This document shows, in pieces, positions 50,193 through 60,239 of a stretch of 64,000 bases of DNA. The translations under genes were made by a program, and so were the position numbers. The DNA comes from an uncultured Acidobacteriota bacterium (GTDB lineage Bacteria; Acidobacteriota; Terriglobia; Terriglobales; Acidobacteriaceae), in NCBI GenBank assembly GCA_963851135.1, contig CAWKOB010000001.1, forward strand, positions 65,940-129,939, in the 5' to 3' direction. The notes beneath the pieces were generated by a model, which saw only the letters and a program-made list of their open reading frames with translations, did not search any database and had not been told where the DNA came from. How positions within the stretch are numbered: the stretch's first letter is position 1; the number at the start of each line of letters is the position of its first letter.

Positions 50193-50458
50193 AGCTGGCA
50201 AGCGATTGTCAACAAAGCCCCTTGCGTCGCGGAACTCTCGCCGGCCGTGATCATCCAAATTGATGGGTGAGATACGCCAAGCCAGGCAATTCACCGCAAC
50301 GCAATTTGGGCGCGGTTCAATGTGTTCTGCAGGGGACCTCGGCCTGGCCGCCGTAACTCTGCTTCGTGCCTCCGCAACGGGTTCTCCTTTTGAATCTGTT
50401 GCCTGGGGCTAACCCCTGCGTTTGCAAACCGAACTCGGTAACAGGAGCAATTCTTCGT

Positions 50459-51766
50459 ATGCCCAATGGATTCTCCAGCACCAAGGCTCAGCGCTTCGCC
50501 GTCTGGGCCATGGTATGCGCCGCCGCCGGCGCTGCGCTTTCCCTCTCGGCGTGCCGGTCACAGGACGATACCGCCAAAGCCGCCGCCATTCCCTCCGCCA
50601 GGGTTGCCGCGGCGCAGCGCGGCAACATTGACCATGTCCTCACGCTCGCCGGCCAGTTCCAGCCCTACCAAGTCGTCGATGTCCATCCCAAGGTCAGCGG
50701 CTACATGAAAAAGATCAATGTCGACATTGGCGACGTGGTCAGGCAGGGACAGACCCTCGCCGTGCTCCAGGGCCCCGAGTTAAGGGCCCAGCTCCAGCAG
50801 AGTGTCTTTGAGGTGGCGCAGAGCAAGGAAGAGATCCGCCGCGCTCAGCACGAGATCAATCGCGCCGTGGCCACCCATTCCGCCCTCCACGCCGAATACC
50901 AGCGCCTTGCGGAAGCGGCCAAAGGCCATCCCGGCCTGATTGCCCAGCAGGAGATCGACGACGCCCAAGCCAAGGACTTGTCGTCCGAATCGCAGATCGA
51001 TGCCGCCAAGGCCGACCTGGCGGCGGCCCAGCAGCACATGGGCTCCGCGCAGGCCAATAACCAGCGATACCAGGCCCTCCAGGACTACACCACGGTGACA
51101 GCGCCGATCGCCGGCGTCGTGATCTGGCGCTACGCCGATACCGGCGCCCTCATCCAGGGCGGCACCAACTCCAACAGCCAGGACCTGCCCATCGTGCGTA
51201 TCGCGCAAAGCCAGCTTCTGCGTCTGCGCGTCCCCGTTCCTGAAGACGACATCCGCTTCGTCCACGAAGGCGATCTGCTGGACGTGCGCGTCGATGCCGT
51301 CAATCGCTCCTTCGCCGGCAAAATCGTCCGCTTCACCCGCAACGTTAATTTCGACACCCGCACCATGGAAACCGAAATCGATGTCGAGAACAACAACCTG
51401 TCCATCGCGCCGGGAATGTACGCGAATACCATGATGCGGCTGGCGGCGAGCAACAACGTGGTCACCATCCCGGTTGAAGCCGTCGTCATCCAGGGCCGCC
51501 GCAACGTGGTCTATGTCCTCGGCAGCAACAACCGCGTCCATATCCGCCCGGTTGACGTCGCCATCGAGGGCCAGAAGCTGGCCGGGATCGCCAGCGGCCT
51601 CCAGTCCGGCGACCGCGTCATCCTCGGCGGACAGGAAAACTATCACGAGGGCGAAACCGTCAATCCGCTCATGACCCAGGAGCCCGCGTCGGAATCCGTG
51701 CAACAGACCGGCGGCACCATCGACCTAAAAGCCGAGGAGAACGAGCAGAATGGCGGCTCACAGTAA
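50459..51766 (+). CDS. RND efflux periplasmic adaptor (MFP), lipoprotein
   Basis: LSAC lipobox, VHPKVSGY...VDIGDVV, coiled coil, VTAPIAGVV, PGMYA. Confidence 0.93.
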   Translation: MPNGFSSTKAQRFAVWAMVCAAAGAALSLSACRSQDDTAKAAAIPSARVAAAQRGNIDHVLTLAGQFQPYQVVDVHPKVSGYMKKINVDIGDVVRQGQTLAVLQGPELRAQLQQSVFEVAQSKEEIRRAQHEINRAVATHSALHAEYQRLAEAAKGHPGLIAQQEIDDAQAKDLSSESQIDAAKADLAAAQQHMGSAQANNQRYQALQDYTTVTAPIAGVVIWRYADTGALIQGGTNSNSQDLPIVRIAQSQLLRLRVPVPEDDIRFVHEGDLLDVRVDAVNRSFAGKIVRFTRNVNFDTRTMETEIDVENNNLSIAPGMYANTMMRLAASNNVVTIPVEAVVIQGRRNVVYVLGSNNRVHIRPVDVAIEGQKLAGIASGLQSGDRVILGGQENYHEGETVNPLMTQEPASESVQQTGGTIDLKAEENEQNGGSQ

Positions 51767-51865
51767 AGCCGCGTCCCGCTTGCGTTCCGGAACGCACCTG
51801 TGCGCCGGGTTCGTGGCCGCCTCCGCTTTCCGTCCCTGACCCGACCCGAAGGAGTAACACCCGCA

Positions 51866-54800
51866 ATGCCGAAGTTTGCACTTAAGTATCCCTACTTCAT
51901 CATCATGATCTGCCTCATGGTGGTCCTCATCGGGGTCGAGACGGTGCAAAAGATGCCCGTCGATCTCTTTCCCCCGATCGACATGCCGGTGGTGGTCGTG
52001 GCCACCTTCTACAGCGGCATGCCGCCACAGCAGGTTGAGGCCGACATCACCGACACGTTTGAGCGCTTTTTCACCCTCGCCTCCAACGTGGACCACAGCG
52101 AATCGCGCTCCATGACCGGCGTCAGCCTCATCAAGATCTACTTCAAGCCCGGCACCGATCCCGACGTCGCGGTGAGCAACATCGCCAACCTGGCCATGGC
52201 CGATCTGCGCCGCCTGCCCCCCGGCACTCTGCCTCCGGTGGTGCTGGGCATGACCGCCTCCACCCAACCCGTCTGCCTGGTCACGCTCCAGGGCCAGGGG
52301 CTGAACGAAACCCGTCTCAAAGACCTTGCCCAGTTCCAGGTCCGCAACCAGATCTCCAACGTGCAGGGCGCGTCCGTGCCCCAGCCCTACGGCGGCACTT
52401 ACCGCCAGATTCAGATTTACGTCGATCCCCTCAAGCTCGAGGCCTACAACATGAGCCTCGATGACGTGGTCAAGGCCGTCAACCGTTCCAACCTCATCCT
52501 TCCCGCCGGCGACGTCCGCATCGGCTCCAAGGATTTCAACATTTACGCCAACGCGCAGTTCCCTGACGCCAAGGCGATGAACTCCATGCCGCTTAAGACC
52601 GTGGGCAACTCCTCGGTCCTTGTCGGCGACATCGGCAAGGCCGTCGATTCGGGCGCGCTGCAGTACAACATCGTCCGCATCGACGGCCAGCGCTCTGTCT
52701 ATGTCCCCATCTTCAAACAGGGCGGCAACTCCAACACCATCTCCATCGTCGACGGCATCAAGGCTGCCGTCAAAAAATTGGTCGACATTCCCGATCAGCT
52801 CAAGACTGCCGTCGTCTTCGACCAGTCCGTCTTCGTCAAAATGGCCATCGCCAACGTGGCCCGCGAGGCCAGCATCGGTCTCCTCCTCACCGCGGTCATG
52901 ATCCTCGTCTTCCTGGGCAGTCCGCGCGCCACCCTTGCCGTCCTCATCGCGGTGCCGCTTTCCATGCTGGTGTGTCTCATGATCACCAACTCCATGGGCG
53001 GCTCCATCAATACCATGATCCTGGGCGGACTGGCGCTGGTTTTCTCCCGCCTCATTGACAACGGCGTCATCGTGCTCGAAAACATCTTCCGCCACATGGA
53101 AGAGGGCGCAAGCCCCTATGACGCATCGGAAAAAGGCGGCGACGAAGTCAACATGGCCGTTCTCGCCGCCACTTTCACCACCGCCATCGTCTTCTTTCCC
53201 GTCAGCTTTTTCACCGGCGTCAGCAAGTACATCTTCACTCCGCTTGCCCTCGGCGTCGGCCTCTCCATCTTCGCTTCTTACTTCTTCGCCATGACCGTGG
53301 TGCCTCTCTTCTGCGCCAAGTTTATCCGCCTCGATCCCCACGGCATGGAGGATGAAGACAATCCCGATGCCGTTCTGGGCGCGAAGCCGAACATCTTCCG
53401 CCGCTTCATGGTGGCCTTCAACGAAGGATTCCAGCACTTCCTCGATTGGTACGAGAAACTTGCCCTTCGCGTTATGAAACGTCCTGGGTTCGCCGCCGTG
53501 GTCATCCTCGCCGGCAACGTGCTCCTGCTGGCCGTCCTGTTTCCCTTCCTCGGCCGCGCCTACTTCCCCCGCACCGATCCCGGCCAGTTCATCATCAACG
53601 TCCACATGCCCGCCGGCTCGCGGCTCTCGGTCAGCAACGATTACATCGCCCGGGTGGAAAACATCATCCGCAGCGTGGTCAAGCCCAAGGACCTGGGCAT
53701 GATCGTCTCCAACATCGGCGCCTATCCCGACCTCTCCGCCATCTACACCCCCAACGCCTCCATGGACACTGCCTTTGTGCAAACCAGCCTCCAGCAGGAT
53801 CACAGCATCGGCAGCTATGAGTACATGCGCCGCGTCCAGGCCAAGCTTTCCCAGCAGATGCCCGAACTCTCCACCTACTTCCAGGCCGGCGGCCTCATCG
53901 ATGGCGTCATCAACCAGGGCCTGCCCGCTCCCATCGATATCCAGATCAAGGCCCAGGATATTCACAAGTCCTACGCGCTCGCCGAAGACCTGGCCGCCAA
54001 AATACGGGCCATGCCAGGCGTTTCCAACACCTACATCCCGCAGAGCCTCAGCTACCCGGGCCTCCGCCTCGACATCGATCGCGAGCGCGCCAGCCTCGTC
54101 GGCCTCAGCGCCAAGGACGTGGTCGACAACGTCGTCATGGCGCTGACCTCCAGCGGGATGGTCGCGCCTTCCTACTGGATCGACCCCGCTACCGGCAACA
54201 ACTACATGGTCACCGTCCAGTACGCCAATCGCTGGATCAACCACATGTCGATGGAGGACCTCGAGAACATCCCCTTGCAGGCCACGCGCACGCCGGGGTA
54301 TTCGCCAGGGCACGAATCGCGACAAGCCGGCATCGTCCCTGCGGCTCTTTCCGTCAATGACGACTCCACCGGGTTGGTCACCCTTGGTTCCGTGGCCTCC
54401 ATCAGCCAGATCAATACTCCCACTGAGGTCGACCACTATCAGATCCGCCCCGTCATCGACATTTACGTGGCCACAAAATCAGAAGCGTTGCAGGGCGTGG
54501 GCAAGCGCATCGACAACCTGCTTGCGCAGACAAAGCACGACCACAATACCGTCATCGATGTGCGCGGCGCTGTCGTACTGATGCAACAGGCCTTCCACGA
54601 TTTCGGTGTCGGCCTCATCGTTGCCATTCTGCTTGTCTATCTCATCCTGATGGCTCAGTTCACCTCGTTTATCGATCCGTTCATCATCCTGCTGGCGATT
54701 CCTCCCGGTCTGCTGGGCGTGATCCTGATCCTGCTGGTGACCGGCAGCACCATCAACATCATGTCGCTGATGGGCCTCATCATGATGACCGGCCTGGTGG

Positions 54801-55117
54801 TCTCCAACTCCATTCTTATTGTGGAGTTCTCCAACGTCCTCCACAAACGCGGCCTGCCGCTTCTTGAAGCCACGGTTCAGGCCTGCAAAATCCGCCTCCG
54901 GCCCATCCTGATGACGTCGCTGGCCACGGTCCTCGGCATGATTCCCATGGCGATGGGTCTGGAGGCCGGAAGCGAGCAATACGCGCCCCTGGCCCGCGCG
55001 GTCATCGGCGGCCTCGTCGTGTCCGTCGCCGTCACCGTGTTCCTCGTTCCCGCGGTTTACCTGGTGATCCACGGCCGGCGGTCCAAGACGCAAGTTCACG
55101 TGGAGGCAAACGCATGA
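51866..55117 (+). CDS. RND efflux permease (AcrB/AcrD/AcrF family)
   Basis: MPVDLFPPID, IDNGVIVLENI, RLRPILMTSLAT, PLARAVIGGL; AAGGAG RBS. Confidence 0.95.
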   Translation: MPKFALKYPYFIIMICLMVVLIGVETVQKMPVDLFPPIDMPVVVVATFYSGMPPQQVEADITDTFERFFTLASNVDHSESRSMTGVSLIKIYFKPGTDPDVAVSNIANLAMADLRRLPPGTLPPVVLGMTASTQPVCLVTLQGQGLNETRLKDLAQFQVRNQISNVQGASVPQPYGGTYRQIQIYVDPLKLEAYNMSLDDVVKAVNRSNLILPAGDVRIGSKDFNIYANAQFPDAKAMNSMPLKTVGNSSVLVGDIGKAVDSGALQYNIVRIDGQRSVYVPIFKQGGNSNTISIVDGIKAAVKKLVDIPDQLKTAVVFDQSVFVKMAIANVAREASIGLLLTAVMILVFLGSPRATLAVLIAVPLSMLVCLMITNSMGGSINTMILGGLALVFSRLIDNGVIVLENIFRHMEEGASPYDASEKGGDEVNMAVLAATFTTAIVFFPVSFFTGVSKYIFTPLALGVGLSIFASYFFAMTVVPLFCAKFIRLDPHGMEDEDNPDAVLGAKPNIFRRFMVAFNEGFQHFLDWYEKLALRVMKRPGFAAVVILAGNVLLLAVLFPFLGRAYFPRTDPGQFIINVHMPAGSRLSVSNDYIARVENIIRSVVKPKDLGMIVSNIGAYPDLSAIYTPNASMDTAFVQTSLQQDHSIGSYEYMRRVQAKLSQQMPELSTYFQAGGLIDGVINQGLPAPIDIQIKAQDIHKSYALAEDLAAKIRAMPGVSNTYIPQSLSYPGLRLDIDRERASLVGLSAKDVVDNVVMALTSSGMVAPSYWIDPATGNNYMVTVQYANRWINHMSMEDLENIPLQATRTPGYSPGHESRQAGIVPAALSVNDDSTGLVTLGSVASISQINTPTEVDHYQIRPVIDIYVATKSEALQGVGKRIDNLLAQTKHDHNTVIDVRGAVVLMQQAFHDFGVGLIVAILLVYLILMAQFTSFIDPFIILLAIPPGLLGVILILLVTGSTINIMSLMGLIMMTGLVVSNSILIVEFSNVLHKRGLPLLEATVQACKIRLRPILMTSLATVLGMIPMAMGLEAGSEQYAPLARAVIGGLVVSVAVTVFLVPAVYLVIHGRRSKTQVHVEANA

Positions 55118-56592
55118 AGCAGCGAACCATCAATCGGAAAAAGACCTGGGCGCCCCATCCATTTCGCACCTTTTGCGAAATGGGTGGGATACCATGCATC
55201 ACGATTCTCTTCGCCTCCGTTTTCCTTGTCCCATCAATCTGCGCCGCGCGGCAGCTCCCCAACGCTCCCGCGGCCAACCGGATGGCGCAGGCCGCGCAGC
55301 AACAGGAGCCCATCTCCAACCAGGCCCCGCCGCCGCTGCCCACGCCTCCTCCAGTGGCTCTGCCCACCGGCCCACGGCTCACCTTGGCCGAGGCGGAGAA
55401 AATGGCCCTGGCCCACAATCCCAACATCAGCGTAGCGCGCCTGCTGCAGTTGGCTTCCACGCAGGTTGTCCGCGAAGCCCGCTCCGGCGATCTGCCCACG
55501 GCCACAACCGACCTGACCGCCGTCGGCGCCCACACCAATAGCCGCCTTACCGGTCTGGGCACTCTTAACAGCCCCCGCGCGCTCGATAAAGCCGCCGGCG
55601 GCATCACCGTCGATCAGCTCATCACCGATTTCGGCCGTACCCGCAATCTTATCCGCAATGCCAAATCCAACCAGCAGGCGCAGATGGAGAATATCCGCGC
55701 CTCCGTCGATGACATCACCCTTACCGTCGACGAGGCCTTCTACAACGCGCTTACGGCGCAGAAGATTCTCCTCGTCGCCGAGCAAACCGTCCGGACCCGC
55801 CAGGCCACCGGCGATCAAATCGGCGCACTCACCAACCAGAAACTCCGCTCCACCCTCGACCTCAGCCTCGCTGACGTGCAGGTCTCACAGGCGCAGTTGC
55901 TCGTTCTCGACGCGCAGAACGCCATGCAGTCCTCCATGGCCAACCTCAATGCCATCCTCGGCTCGGAGGACAATACCGAATACAACCTGGTGGACGATAC
56001 GCCGCAAAGCCCTGAGCCGGCCCCGGCCGATGCTGAGAACATGGTCCAGTTTGCCTTCCGATCTCGGCCTGATCTGGCCGCGTTGAACGATCAGTACACG
56101 GCCGCCAAACAGTTCGCCTCCGCCGAGCACGACCTGCTCCGCCCCACCGTCTCCGCCCTCGCTGCCACCGGCGCCACGCCCGTCCGCGACGACCTCATCC
56201 AGTCCTCCTGGTATGGCGCCGCCGGAGCCAACATCTCCATTCCGGTCTTCAACGGTTTCGAATTCACCGCCCGCGCCAAAGAAGCCGACTTTCGCGCCCG
56301 CGCCGCTTCTGAGCAGGTGCGCAGCCTGCGCGACAACATCGCCCGCGACGTGCGCACCTCCGTCCTCAACGCCCAGATCGCCTTCCAGAAAATCGGCGTC
56401 ACCAGGCAGCTCCTGGACGAAGCCAACACCGCCTTTGAGCTTGCCCAGGCGCGCTATAAAGTCGGATTGAGCGGCATCGTCGATCTCACCGAGTCCCAGC
56501 TCGCCCAAACCCAGGCCCAGATCGCCTACGCCAACGCCCGCTATGCCTATGAGCAAGCGCTGGCCATGGTCCGATATCAGACCGGGCAATAG
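55114..56592 (+). CDS. TolC-family outer membrane factor
   Basis: LTLAEAEKMALAHNP, ISIPVFNG, AQARYKVGLS; ATGA overlap with the RND gene. Confidence 0.92.
   Translation: MKQRTINRKKTWAPHPFRTFCEMGGIPCITILFASVFLVPSICAARQLPNAPAANRMAQAAQQQEPISNQAPPPLPTPPPVALPTGPRLTLAEAEKMALAHNPNISVARLLQLASTQVVREARSGDLPTATTDLTAVGAHTNSRLTGLGTLNSPRALDKAAGGITVDQLITDFGRTRNLIRNAKSNQQAQMENIRASVDDITLTVDEAFYNALTAQKILLVAEQTVRTRQATGDQIGALTNQKLRSTLDLSLADVQVSQAQLLVLDAQNAMQSSMANLNAILGSEDNTEYNLVDDTPQSPEPAPADAENMVQFAFRSRPDLAALNDQYTAAKQFASAEHDLLRPTVSALAATGATPVRDDLIQSSWYGAAGANISIPVFNGFEFTARAKEADFRARAASEQVRSLRDNIARDVRTSVLNAQIAFQKIGVTRQLLDEANTAFELAQARYKVGLSGIVDLTESQLAQTQAQIAYANARYAYEQALAMVRYQTGQ
55148..55189 (-). repeat. REP-like palindrome, family 1, inside the 5' end of the TolC-family CDS
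   Basis: gggcgccccatcc-atttcgca-ccttt-tgcgaaat-gggtggga has the same layout as 58585-58626. Confidence 0.8.
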
Positions 56593-56670
56593 AGGGACAG
56601 AGGGACGAGGGAAAAAGGCACAGAAACAAGTTTCCTCGCTACGCCGTTCCCTCGTTCCTTTGTTCCCTGC
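56592..56670. repeat. Inverted pair of short GGGAC/GTTCCC arrays
   Basis: gagggacagagggacgaggg ... gttccctcgttcctttgttccctg. Confidence 0.6.
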
Positions 56671-56689
56671 TTCTGCTATACCTGTCCGC

Positions 56690-57256
56690 ATGCCTCGAAA
56701 AACCACCGAGCCATCTCTCGCCGACCTGCGCGACGTCCTCATTGAAACCTGGGCCGTGAACGACGCCATGAACCAGCTCCTGCTCGCCGCACTCGACGCG
56801 CGTGCCTGGCGTGCGCAACTGCCCATCGGCCATCGCAGCCGCAGCCGCACCATCGGCGCTATGGTGGCCCACATGCACAACTGCCGCTTGAACTGGCTCC
56901 GCCTGAACGCGCCCCACCTCAAGCGTCCCGCGCCGCTCGATCCGCACCGCTGCACGCTCCGCCAGGCTGCAGCCGCTCTCAACAGGAGCGCCGCGCAATG
57001 CCTGCGCATGCTCACCGACGCGCTCTCCATGGATGCCGGCCGCAAGGTGAAGACCTTCTCGCGCGGATGGCTGCGCCCATGGCCGGCCGGCGGCGCCATG
57101 TTCGCCTACATGTTTTCGCACGAGGCGCATCATCGCGGCCAAATCATCATGCTGGCGCATCAGCTAGGGCTTAGGCTGCCCGCAGCCGCATGGGGCGGCA
57201 TCTGGAACTGGGACCGGCTCTGGAAACAACAGGGCTACACCACCCGCCCCCGCTGA
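56690..57256 (+). CDS. DinB-family protein
   Basis: AHMHNCRLNWL and YMFSHEAHHRGQI. Confidence 0.88.
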   Translation: MPRKTTEPSLADLRDVLIETWAVNDAMNQLLLAALDARAWRAQLPIGHRSRSRTIGAMVAHMHNCRLNWLRLNAPHLKRPAPLDPHRCTLRQAAAALNRSAAQCLRMLTDALSMDAGRKVKTFSRGWLRPWPAGGAMFAYMFSHEAHHRGQIIMLAHQLGLRLPAAAWGGIWNWDRLWKQQGYTTRPR

Positions 57257-57283
57257 AAGGCATCGCTCCCCTACCCTTGCTCC

Positions 57284-57613
57284 CTATTCTTTTTCCAGGT
57301 GGTGCATGGCGTCGTTGTATCCGCGCCGGAAGCCCTGCCGGAAATCTGCCCGATACGCCTCTTTGACGTGGGGATGGCGGTACTCCTTTGGGCGATCAAA
57401 GTCCGGAAAGCGGTGGTGATCGTAATCTTTGACGGCCGCTTCAACCCCGGCGTGGAAGCCCTCTCGCTGCATCTCCTTGAACTCCGGCGGCGGCTGGATC
57501 CAGGGAAAAGCGGTGACTCCGTGCGGCGGCGCTTCCGGCTGCTGGGCGGCCGCACGGGAGGGAGCGCCTGCGAACGCCAGAATTACCGCCAGCGCGATGA
57601 TTGCCGTCTTCAT
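57284..57613 (-). CDS. Small secreted protein of unknown function
   Basis: Signal peptide; GGAGG RBS; EGFHAGV and FRQGFRRGY repeats. Confidence 0.75.
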   Translation of the reverse strand: MKTAIIALAVILAFAGAPSRAAAQQPEAPPHGVTAFPWIQPPPEFKEMQREGFHAGVEAAVKDYDHHRFPDFDRPKEYRHPHVKEAYRADFRQGFRRGYNDAMHHLEKE

Positions 57614-57726
57614 AATGCCTCCCTCGCTGAAGTTTGAGTGGCGCCGGGCGGCGAGCCGTTGCTTTCAGGTACTTTGACAAGCCAGGGAACAGGGCCAGGG
57701 ACCATCGGATGCAATAGGATGGGCTC

Positions 57727-58548
57727 ATGGCGCCTCTGCTTGAAGTGGCCAACCTGGAGATTCGTTTTGGCGCAACGGAGGCGGTGCGCGGCATCGGCTT
57801 CAGCCTGGATGAGGGCGAAGTGCTCGGCCTGGTGGGCGAATCCGGCTCCGGGAAAAGCGCCACCGCGCTGGCCCTCATGGGGCTGCTTGGGCCCGCTGCA
57901 CAGGTGAGCGGCAGCATTCTCTGGCGCGGCGAAAGCCGCGCACCGGTCAACCTGCTGGAGTTGCAGACAGGCGAGCTACGCAAGCTGCGCGGGCGGGAGA
58001 TTGCGATTATTTTCCAGGAGCCGATGACCTCACTGAACCCGGTAATGACGGTGGGGCGCCAAGTGGCCGAGTGCGCGCAGGCGCACGGCAAGGCCAAGAG
58101 CGGCCGCGACGCCAAGCGCCTGGCCATCGCCGCCCTCGAGTCCGTCGCCATTCCCGATGGAGCGCGCCGTTACGGCGACTATCCACACCAGTTCTCCGGT
58201 GGCCAGCGCCAGCGCATCCTCATTGCCATGGCGCTAATCAACCGTCCATGTCTGCTGATTGCCGACGAGCCCACCACCGCGCTCGATGTGACCGTGCAAG
58301 CGCAGATACTGGATTTGCTGAAAGACCTTCAGCGCGAGCATGACCTGGCAATGCTGTTCATATCGCACGATCTCGCCGTGGTCGGCCAGGTGGCTGGCCG
58401 CGTAGCCGTCATGCGTAGCGGCCAAATCGTCGAAACCGGCGCCGTTCACGACGTCCTCACTCACCCGCAGCACGAATACACACGCAGCCTACTGGCGGCG
58501 GTGCCCACTTTGCGCACGGACCGGGAGAAGCCGCTGGCGGTCATTTAG
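57727..58548 (+). CDS. ABC transporter ATP-binding protein (OppD/DppD-like), stand-alone
   Basis: [42 protein letters not shown]. Confidence 0.93.
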   Translation: MAPLLEVANLEIRFGATEAVRGIGFSLDEGEVLGLVGESGSGKSATALALMGLLGPAAQVSGSILWRGESRAPVNLLELQTGELRKLRGREIAIIFQEPMTSLNPVMTVGRQVAECAQAHGKAKSGRDAKRLAIAALESVAIPDGARRYGDYPHQFSGGQRQRILIAMALINRPCLLIADEPTTALDVTVQAQILDLLKDLQREHDLAMLFISHDLAVVGQVAGRVAVMRSGQIVETGAVHDVLTHPQHEYTRSLLAAVPTLRTDREKPLAVI

Positions 58549-58584
58549 CAGGTCAGCGGGTCAGCAATCCGGCCTCACCACCAT

Positions 58585-58626
58585 GGGTGCCCCATCCTAA
58601 CCGCGTTTTTTGCGGTTAGGGTGGGA
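58585..58626 (-). repeat. REP-like palindrome, family 1
   Basis: gggtgccccatcctaaccgcgttttttgcggttagggtggga. Confidence 0.85.
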
Positions 58627-58654
58627 AACGAAGATACTCCATCCGCTGCCCCAG

Positions 58655-59140
58655 TTATTCCGCGGCGGCTTCGGTCGCGGTTTCGTCTTCGGTTGCCGCT
58701 TCGCCCAGCACCTTCACCTTCAGGTGCGCGGTCACTTCGCGATGCAGCCGCACCGGCACGTCGAAGTTGCCCAGGGCCTTGAGGGGCTCGCTGAGCTGGA
58801 TCTTGCGCCGGTCGATCTCAAAGCCCTTCGTCCCCAGCTCGGTGGCGATATCGGCCGAGGTGACGGAGCCGAAAAGTTGCCCCAGCTCTCCGGATTTGCG
58901 CGTAAACGTGAGCACTACGGGCTCGAGCTTGGTCACCAGCTCATCGGCCTGCGCCTTCTCCGTGGCGGAGCGGCGCGCGGCCGACGCCTTCATCTGCTCG
59001 ATGACGGCCTTGTTGGCCGAGGTGGCCTCCATGGCCAGTTTGCGCGGCAGCAGGAAATTGCGGCCGTAGCCATCGGCAACCTTCACCACCTCGCCGCGGT
59101 TGCCCAGATTGGCCACATCTTCTTTCAGAATGACTTCCAT
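58655..59140 (-). CDS. rplI: 50S ribosomal protein L9
   Basis: MEVILKEDVANLG...GYGRNFLLP, LFGSVT. Confidence 0.97.
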   Translation of the reverse strand: MEVILKEDVANLGNRGEVVKVADGYGRNFLLPRKLAMEATSANKAVIEQMKASAARRSATEKAQADELVTKLEPVVLTFTRKSGELGQLFGSVTSADIATELGTKGFEIDRRKIQLSEPLKALGNFDVPVRLHREVTAHLKVKVLGEAATEDETATEAAAE

Positions 59141-59231
59141 ATTCGATTCTCCATTGCCGCGCGAGCGGTCCGGCGCGGCCGATGTTGCGCGGGAGCGATT
59201 TAGCGTTCCTGCCGTCGGCAGAAGCGGTCTT

Positions 59232-59266
59232 CTACTCCCTGTTCCCTACTCCCTGTTCCCTGTTCT
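59232..59266. repeat. Heptamer array (TCCCTRY); further copies at 59710-59737 and 60263-60295
   Basis: tccctgt/tccctac units at the 3' ends of rpsR, rpsF and pth. Confidence 0.85.
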
Positions 59267-59607
59267 TAGTGCCTTGTGGCAAAGGGCAACAGCGCGATGT
59301 TGCGGGCCTGCTTGATGGCGCGCGTGAGCCGCCGCTGGTGCTTGGTGCAGACGCCGGTCAGGCGGCGGGGCACAATTTTGCCGCGTTCGGCCACAAAGCC
59401 CTGCAACAGTCGAACGTCCCGATAGGGGATGGCGTCGATCTTCTCGGTGCAAAACTTGCACACCTTCTTGCGGCGGAAGAATTTGCCGCGGCCACCGGGG
59501 CCGCCCTGTCCGCCGGGACGAGGTCCACGCGGACCGGAGGGAGGGCCGCCGCCTTGATTGGATGGTGCGCCGCCTTCGGGCGCCCTTGCTTGTGTTTCTT
59601 CAGCCAT
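59266..59607 (-). CDS. rpsR: 30S ribosomal protein S18 (Zn-binding form, Gly/Pro-rich N-terminal extension)
   Basis: [37 protein letters not shown]. Confidence 0.97.
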   Translation of the reverse strand: MAEETQARAPEGGAPSNQGGGPPSGPRGPRPGGQGGPGGRGKFFRRKKVCKFCTEKIDAIPYRDVRLLQGFVAERGKIVPRRLTGVCTKHQRRLTRAIKQARNIALLPFATRH

Positions 59608-59739
59608 GATTTCCTCTTCTGCTTCCTTCTGTTCCGGCGTCGGCCGGAGATTTATTAAAGGGACCAAGGAACCATGAAAGCTCGTTCGAAACCGGGCGAT
59701 GCTTTCTTTTCCCTACTCCCTATTCCCTGTTCCCTGCTT

Positions 59740-60168
59740 CTATGCGCTGGCCTGGGCAGTTTCCGCCGGGGCTTCCGCAGCCGGTGGAGCAGGCGGTGGC
59801 GGGGCGGGGGCCGGCGGTTCCGCGCTCAGCTTGCGGCGCGAAGCCCGGATGGCCTTGACCTTGGCCAGGCGTTTTTCCTCTTCGTCCATGCGCACGGTGA
59901 GGTACTTGATCACCGGCTCAGAGACGCGGAGACGGCGCTCCAGCTCAGCCACTACGGCGCCGTTGGCCTCAACGGTCATCAGCACATAGTTGCCGTCGTT
60001 AAACCTGCGCACCATGTAGGCAAGCTTGCGCCGGCCCATCTTTTCGGCCGACTTGACCGCGCCGCCGCCATTGGTGACGGTGGTGGTGAAGCCTGCAATC
60101 AGCTTGTCAACATCTTCGTCGGCCGCGTCGGGCCGAACGATGAACATTACTTCATACAGTCGAGACAT
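59740..60168 (-). CDS. rpsF: 30S ribosomal protein S6
   Basis: YEVMFIVRPD, GRRKLAY, ELERRLR. Confidence 0.97.
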   Translation of the reverse strand: MSRLYEVMFIVRPDAADEDVDKLIAGFTTTVTNGGGAVKSAEKMGRRKLAYMVRRFNDGNYVLMTVEANGAVVAELERRLRVSEPVIKYLTVRMDEEEKRLAKVKAIRASRRKLSAEPPAPAPPPPAPPAAEAPAETAQASA

Positions 60169-60239
60169 TCAGTATTCCTTTTCTCAGCCGGCAGCTTATT
60201 GCCGGCAGCCAACAGTTCGCAGTTCGCAGTTCGCAGTCT

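Noticed and set aside
57727-58548. Stand-alone ABC ATPase as a novel system
   Set aside because: All motifs are ordinary OppD/DppD type; partner genes are probably just encoded elsewhere.
60169-60212. S6:S18 autoregulatory leader upstream of rpsF
   Set aside because: A hairpin is present but the family consensus could not be confirmed by eye.
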